Assembly: GCA_041752695.1 (NCBI GenBank)
Contig: JBGSVZ010000074.1
Location: 1 to 27,975 of the forward strand
From: Terrimicrobiaceae bacterium
GTDB lineage: Bacteria > Verrucomicrobiota > Verrucomicrobiia > Chthoniobacterales > Terrimicrobiaceae
Length of the DNA: 27,975 bases
Reading direction: 5' to 3'
Part shown: one piece after another, positions 23,708 to 27,975 of the stretch
Layout of the letters: each line of letters starts with the position of its first letter
Numbering within the stretch: the first letter of the stretch is position 1
Notes under the pieces: model-generated
Database searches by the model: none
Told to the model about the DNA's origin: nothing
What the model saw: the letters and a program-made list of their open reading frames with translations, nothing else
Program-made: the position numbers and the translations under genes

Positions 23708-26523
23708 GGCTGGGAAGAAAGGTGAACGCCCTTGGCGAGGCCGACGCGTCCATCGGGTGCGGGCTGGACGAGCAGCGTGAGCACACGCGGGCCCGGTGCG
23801 GCGGGAAATGGCACGCGCAAGGAACCAGGGGCAGCAGAGGGTTTTTCAGCCACCCGCTCACCGTCGAGCCAGACTTCTGCCGGACCAACCAGTTCGTCGA
23901 AAACGATCTCCCCGCCCTGTGCCGCCAGGCTGCGCCAGGGGGTGAAGGTCGCCCGGTAAAGCAGCCATTGCCCGGCCGGAGCGCGTTGCAGAGTGCCGGG
24001 GTTCGCGGCCATCCAGCTGTTCATGTCCGCGTCGGACATTTCGATTTTCGGATCGGGACGGTCGGCCTGCGCTGGTGAGACGCGCCATTTGGTAATCGCG
24101 TAGCGGGGATTCGCTTCCGGCACGGCGGGCGGGGCGGGCACGGATTTCACGTCGAGAACGGATTCCGCAGCACGCAGGCCGGGAGCCTCGGCACGAATGG
24201 TGACGGGGCCGGAACCCAGACTTGCCCGCACGAGAAGTTGGGCGAGGCCGTGGAAAACACGGCGAGTCGGCCCCTGTTCGGGATCGTGGCAATTGTGGTC
24301 ACCGTTGCCGTGACCGATGTTTTCCGCCGGGCCGGTTACGGTGAAGGTCACCAGATCATCGGCGCGCGGAACCACCCTGCCCTGCTCGTCCACCACTTCG
24401 ACCGTGATGGGCTGAACGTCGCGTCCATCACCGTTCAGCCAGGGGCGGTCCGGCAGAAGGCGCAGCGCGGCGGGAGCGCCCGTGGTTTCCACCGCCGTCC
24501 GGGCCACTTCGCGTCCTCCGCGAAAGGCGACGGCTTCCAAACGTCCAGGCTCGTAAGGCACTTCCCACTGCACGTAGTCAAAAGCCGGACGCGGCTTTTC
24601 GCCGAGAGGTTTTCCGTTGAGAGAAAGCGCGACCGATTCGGCATTGGTCATGGCGATGACCCGCACGGGCTTGCCTTCGCGGCCGGCCCAGTTCCAATGC
24701 GGCGCAAGTTCGAGGATCGGACGGTCTTTGATCCAGTCGGCTTGATGGATGGCGTAGGCAGTTTTCGGGAATCCGCAGAGGTCCATGATGCCGAAAACCG
24801 ACGAGACTGATGGCCAGCTCAAACGCTGCGGTTCGCCCCGGTAGTCGAAGCCAGTCCAAACAAATCCTCCGGCGAGAAACGGCCGCTCGGCAATGCGCCG
24901 CCAGCCCTCGCGGTGCGAGAGTCCCCAGCGGGCAAACTCGTCGTCGTAAGAGGCAATGACATTGCGCTTCGGATCAGTTTCAAATTCGCCGCGCGTCATG
25001 AAAGACGATGTGTCCTCGGAGCTGGTGATGGCGAGGTTCGGGTGTTTGGCGTGAAACTCGTCGTAAGAGTGATCGCAGTAGTTGAATCCCATCACCTCAA
25101 CCGCCTGAAAAACGCCTTCGTCATTGGTCATTCCGCCATTCATCGCCGCGGTGACCGGACGGGTGGTGTCCCAGCGGCGCACCTCGGCCACCATGCGGCG
25201 AACCATCTCGCGGCCTTGCGCCGTGCCTTGCATGGGCTCTTCGTTAAAGACCGACCAAAGAATCACGCTGGGGTGATTGCGATCGCGGCGCAGCATCGTG
25301 CGCAGTTGGCCAAGGTATTCCGGCGTGTGGTTAAAATTCCGGTTCTCATCCATCACGAGCAGGCCGAGCCGATCGCAGGCTTCGAGGAACTCCGGGGCGG
25401 GCGGATTGTGGGCGGCGCGGTACGCGTTCGAACCCATTTCCTTCAGGCGGCGCACGCGAAAATCCCAGATCGCATCCGGCACGGCCACGCCCACTCCGGC
25501 GTGGTCCTGGTGATTGCAGGTGCCCTGAAGTTTCAGCGGCTGGTCGTTGAGAAAAAAGCCGAGCTTGGGATCGAAACGAATCGTGCGAAACCCACATGGC
25601 ACTGTGGCGCGGTCGAGTTCTGAGTTGTTTTGGCTAACCGAGACGCGCACGGAGTAGAGGGTCGGAGACTCCACCGACCAGAGTTGTGGTGAACCCGGCA
25701 CGGCGAGCGGCACGGTCACGACGGTTGGGACGAGAGAAGCAGGCGAAACCTTGGTGCGACCGTCCACCACGACCTTGCCCGACGGATCAAGAAGTTCGGC
25801 CCGAACGTCCACCTCGGGTGTTTCGCTCGTAATGTTGTCGAGAGTGACCTCGACCGGAATGGTCCACGTGCCATCGGCCCCGCGGATCGCTGGGGCGTAC
25901 ACCCCGTAGGTCTGGATGTGAACGGGGGCGCGTTTGACCAGCCAGGCATGACGGTAGAGTCCGCCGCCCTCATACCACCAGCCTTCCTGGACGTCGGCAT
26001 CCACGCGCACGGCGATGGTATTCAGTTGATCGCCGAAGGTGGCGATGGGTGTGAGATCGATTTGAAACGGGGTGTAGCCGCAGAAGTTGCGATGCACGAG
26101 AAGGCCGTTGACCCAGACCGTGGCATGCGTGGCGATGCCGTCGAACTGGAGTTCGAGGTGCTTGCCGCGGTCGGCCTCGTCGAGGCGGAAGTGCCGACGA
26201 TACCACGCCACACCGCGCGGACGATAGCCTTGGGAGATGTTGGCATTTTTGTCGAATGGCCCCTCCACGACCCAATCGTGAGGAAGCGCGAGTCGTCGCC
26301 AGTCGCTGTCGTCGAAATCCGGCGCGGCCGCGCCCCAGGCTTTGCCGGCCTTGGCGTTCATGTAGGTCGGACCATGCCCTTTGATCACCGGCATCGGAAT
26401 GTCGCCCAAGTGAAAACGCCAGCCGGCGTTGAGTGAAAGACGCTCGCGTCCGTCCGAGGCCGCAGGACAAACGGCGGGCAAAAGGGAGGTCATAAGCAAA
26501 GCGAGAAAGGTCAGGTGTTTCAT
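23704..26523 (-). CDS. galA: Glycoside hydrolase family 2 beta-galactosidase (GalA-type)
   Basis: LPHDW, WYRRHF, FDG, GWWYEGGGLYR, GFRTIRF, GTCNHQDHAGVG, RDRNHPSVILWSVFNEE (acid/base), SSED (nucleophile region), GGFVWTGFDYRGEP, DUF4982-like PHWNW...YEPG and GHGNGD; signal peptide. Confidence 0.92.
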   Translation of the reverse strand: MKHLTFLALLMTSLLPAVCPAASDGRERLSLNAGWRFHLGDIPMPVIKGHGPTYMNAKAGKAWGAAAPDFDDSDWRRLALPHDWVVEGPFDKNANISQGYRPRGVAWYRRHFRLDEADRGKHLELQFDGIATHATVWVNGLLVHRNFCGYTPFQIDLTPIATFGDQLNTIAVRVDADVQEGWWYEGGGLYRHAWLVKRAPVHIQTYGVYAPAIRGADGTWTIPVEVTLDNITSETPEVDVRAELLDPSGKVVVDGRTKVSPASLVPTVVTVPLAVPGSPQLWSVESPTLYSVRVSVSQNNSELDRATVPCGFRTIRFDPKLGFFLNDQPLKLQGTCNHQDHAGVGVAVPDAIWDFRVRRLKEMGSNAYRAAHNPPAPEFLEACDRLGLLVMDENRNFNHTPEYLGQLRTMLRRDRNHPSVILWSVFNEEPMQGTAQGREMVRRMVAEVRRWDTTRPVTAAMNGGMTNDEGVFQAVEVMGFNYCDHSYDEFHAKHPNLAITSSEDTSSFMTRGEFETDPKRNVIASYDDEFARWGLSHREGWRRIAERPFLAGGFVWTGFDYRGEPQRLSWPSVSSVFGIMDLCGFPKTAYAIHQADWIKDRPILELAPHWNWAGREGKPVRVIAMTNAESVALSLNGKPLGEKPRPAFDYVQWEVPYEPGRLEAVAFRGGREVARTAVETTGAPAALRLLPDRPWLNGDGRDVQPITVEVVDEQGRVVPRADDLVTFTVTGPAENIGHGNGDHNCHDPEQGPTRRVFHGLAQLLVRASLGSGPVTIRAEAPGLRAAESVLDVKSVPAPPAVPEANPRYAITKWRVSPAQADRPDPKIEMSDADMNSWMAANPGTLQRAPAGQWLLYRATFTPWRSLAAQGGEIVFDELVGPAEVWLDGERVAEKPSAAPGSLRVPFPAAPGPRVLTLLVQPAPDGRVGLAKGVHLSSQP

Positions 26524-26541
26524 TGAACTCAGGGGACGGAG

Positions 26542-26568
26542 TCAGCCAAACGTGGCGAGGAGTTTCAT
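26542..26568 (-). pseudogene. 8-codon mini-ORF MKLLATFG, possible start remnant of a deleted secreted-protein gene
   Basis: ATGA overlap with the stop of the upstream gene; begins like the signal peptide of 5470-7317 (MKLLA). A shifted frame reads ...ADSVP* ending 5 nt before the galA ATG. Confidence 0.35.
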
Positions 26569-27974
26569 AGGGTAGGTTTTGCAAAGGGCGGGCACACCAC
26601 GACGTCGGCGCGGCGGGACTTGGGGGTGACGCGCAGCTCGACCAGGCGGCCCGCTTCGACGCGACCCTCGACCGTCGTGTTGAGCGGAGCGTGGAGCTTG
26701 AAGTCGGCGCTCCAGTCGGCGGGCCAAGCTGGAAGCACTAGAAGTCGGCGGCCGTCGTTCTGCAGCAGCATCCGTTGAAGCGCGAGTTCGCCGTTGCCGC
26801 CGTTGTCCTGATCGGGAGCGTAGTCGTGGCCTTTTTCCCAGAACGCGGGGAAGCGCAGGCGCGGGTCGCGGTTGGTGAGAGTCGCGATGACGTCACGCCT
26901 GGCATCGTCAGCCAAGCCGAGATACGCGGCCCAGACGGCGTCTTGATGCCAACACTTGGTGCGCTTGATCGCGCGGGCGGCGAAGGTGTCGCGCGCCAGG
27001 TCGAGGTCGGGTTTGCCGACACCGTAAAGACGGAATGGATACACGGCATAGAGCTCGGGCACCTCGGTGTTTTTGGCGGGAGCGGTTTGTTCGCCGGCAT
27101 AGGGCAACAAGACGCGCCGGCCGTTTTTCTCGCCGACGGGCAACGCGGGGAGTTCGCCGAACATGCGGCCGGCGAGCGTGCGGAGGTCGGCGGGCACGAG
27201 CGACTCCGGCAAGGCGAGGATCCGGGGCAGGATCCCGCGCAGGGCCGCGATGTCGGGGAGCGGATCGGCCACCTTCCAAAACATCTCGATGGAGTTGACC
27301 GGTTCGAGACGAAGTTTGCCGTCGGCCCCGCGCGGAAAGTGCTGGTCGTAGAAGGTCAGCCCGGCGGTGGCGATGGGCACCAGATAATCGCGAGCGAAGG
27401 CGTCATCGCCCGTGTAGTCGTGGAAATCGAGTCCCATCGCGGTGAGTTCGAGCACGGGCAGGTAGTAGTGCTTCGTGTAAACCCCGGGCTCCTCAGCGGT
27501 GATCTTGGGCAGGCCGCCCCAAAACGGCGCGGTCTCCTGGAAATACGCGCCGGCGTGACCATAGTGCTTTTGCACGTCGGCCGCGTTGGCCGCAAGTTGG
27601 TCGCGATACATGCGGAAGAGCGGGATCATCAGATCGAAGTCGCCGGCGGCAAGGTGCGGCCAATACATCGGACGCGTGTTCTGAAACCAATAGCGTCCGC
27701 CCCACGACCGTTGGTCGGCATCAAACGGATCGGGGATCGGCTGCGGGTTGCCCTTTTCGCGCCTGGTGTTGCCGGGATTGTCTGTGACGAAGATCGAGCC
27801 GTTGAACTTGATCGGATAGGCGCCGCGCCCGGCGCAGGCGGTGATAAAGCGCTGCCAGGCGTAACCCTCGCTCACTTGCGCGGCGGTGGCATCTCCATCA
27901 ACGTCGATTCGGCTGCGTTTCCAGAAGGCCGCCCACCAGGCGGCATGCTCACGCCAGGCGGTCTCGGGCGCGGT
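26565..27974 (-). CDS. DUF5703 / GH95-like (alpha/alpha)6 glycoside hydrolase, 5'-partial
   Basis: Frame is open to the window end (TAPETAWREHAAWWAAFWKRSRI...). QRFITACAGRG.YPIKFNGSIF, WGGRYWFQNTR, NTEVPELYAVYPF, W.QD, PDQDNGG, LQRMLLQ and LPAWP.DW...FKLHAP. Confidence 0.82.
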   Translation of the reverse strand, partial: TAPETAWREHAAWWAAFWKRSRIDVDGDATAAQVSEGYAWQRFITACAGRGAYPIKFNGSIFVTDNPGNTRREKGNPQPIPDPFDADQRSWGGRYWFQNTRPMYWPHLAAGDFDLMIPLFRMYRDQLAANAADVQKHYGHAGAYFQETAPFWGGLPKITAEEPGVYTKHYYLPVLELTAMGLDFHDYTGDDAFARDYLVPIATAGLTFYDQHFPRGADGKLRLEPVNSIEMFWKVADPLPDIAALRGILPRILALPESLVPADLRTLAGRMFGELPALPVGEKNGRRVLLPYAGEQTAPAKNTEVPELYAVYPFRLYGVGKPDLDLARDTFAARAIKRTKCWHQDAVWAAYLGLADDARRDVIATLTNRDPRLRFPAFWEKGHDYAPDQDNGGNGELALQRMLLQNDGRRLLVLPAWPADWSADFKLHAPLNTTVEGRVEAGRLVELRVTPKSRRADVVVCPPFAKPTL

Positions 27975-27975
27975 G

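Noticed and set aside
1..27975. tRNA, rRNA or known riboswitch
   Set aside because: None recognised; almost all of the sequence is coding, and the intergenic hairpins do not fit a cloverleaf or an aptamer I can identify.

Overview
GC-rich bacterial window, probably Verrucomicrobia (inferred from protein families, a C-terminal tail motif and intergenic repeat style, not proven). It holds two convergent, tightly coupled operons of mostly secreted carbohydrate-active enzymes. The + operon (<1-16513) encodes a SASA/CE20-like O-acetylesterase, a GH43_24-like galactanase, a heparinase II/III-like protein, an alpha/beta-hydrolase-like protein with an Ig-like tail, an HSL-type esterase, a 1548-aa heparinase-like/PA14/LamG protein, a second O-acetylesterase and a second alpha/beta-hydrolase+Ig paralog. 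The - operon (>27975-18435) encodes a DUF5703/GH95-like protein, a GH2 beta-galactosidase, an acetylxylan-esterase-like hydrolase, a third O-acetylesterase and a lyase-like secreted protein. Between them (16514-18434) are a membrane protein gene, a chimeric ORF carrying an hsdR-like N-terminal fragment, and nested inverted repeats with a REP-like hairpin element inserted into one arm. Most notable: (1) several collapsed-gene scars inside the operons (a signal peptide start joined to a gene end, interior missing, coupling to neighbours kept); (2) three divergent lyase-like and two unassigned hydrolase-like proteins that may be new CAZyme families acting on a heavily O-acylated, uronate- and galactose-containing glycan; (3) the nested repeat structure at the convergence point. 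All family calls come from motif recognition by eye; no searches were run.
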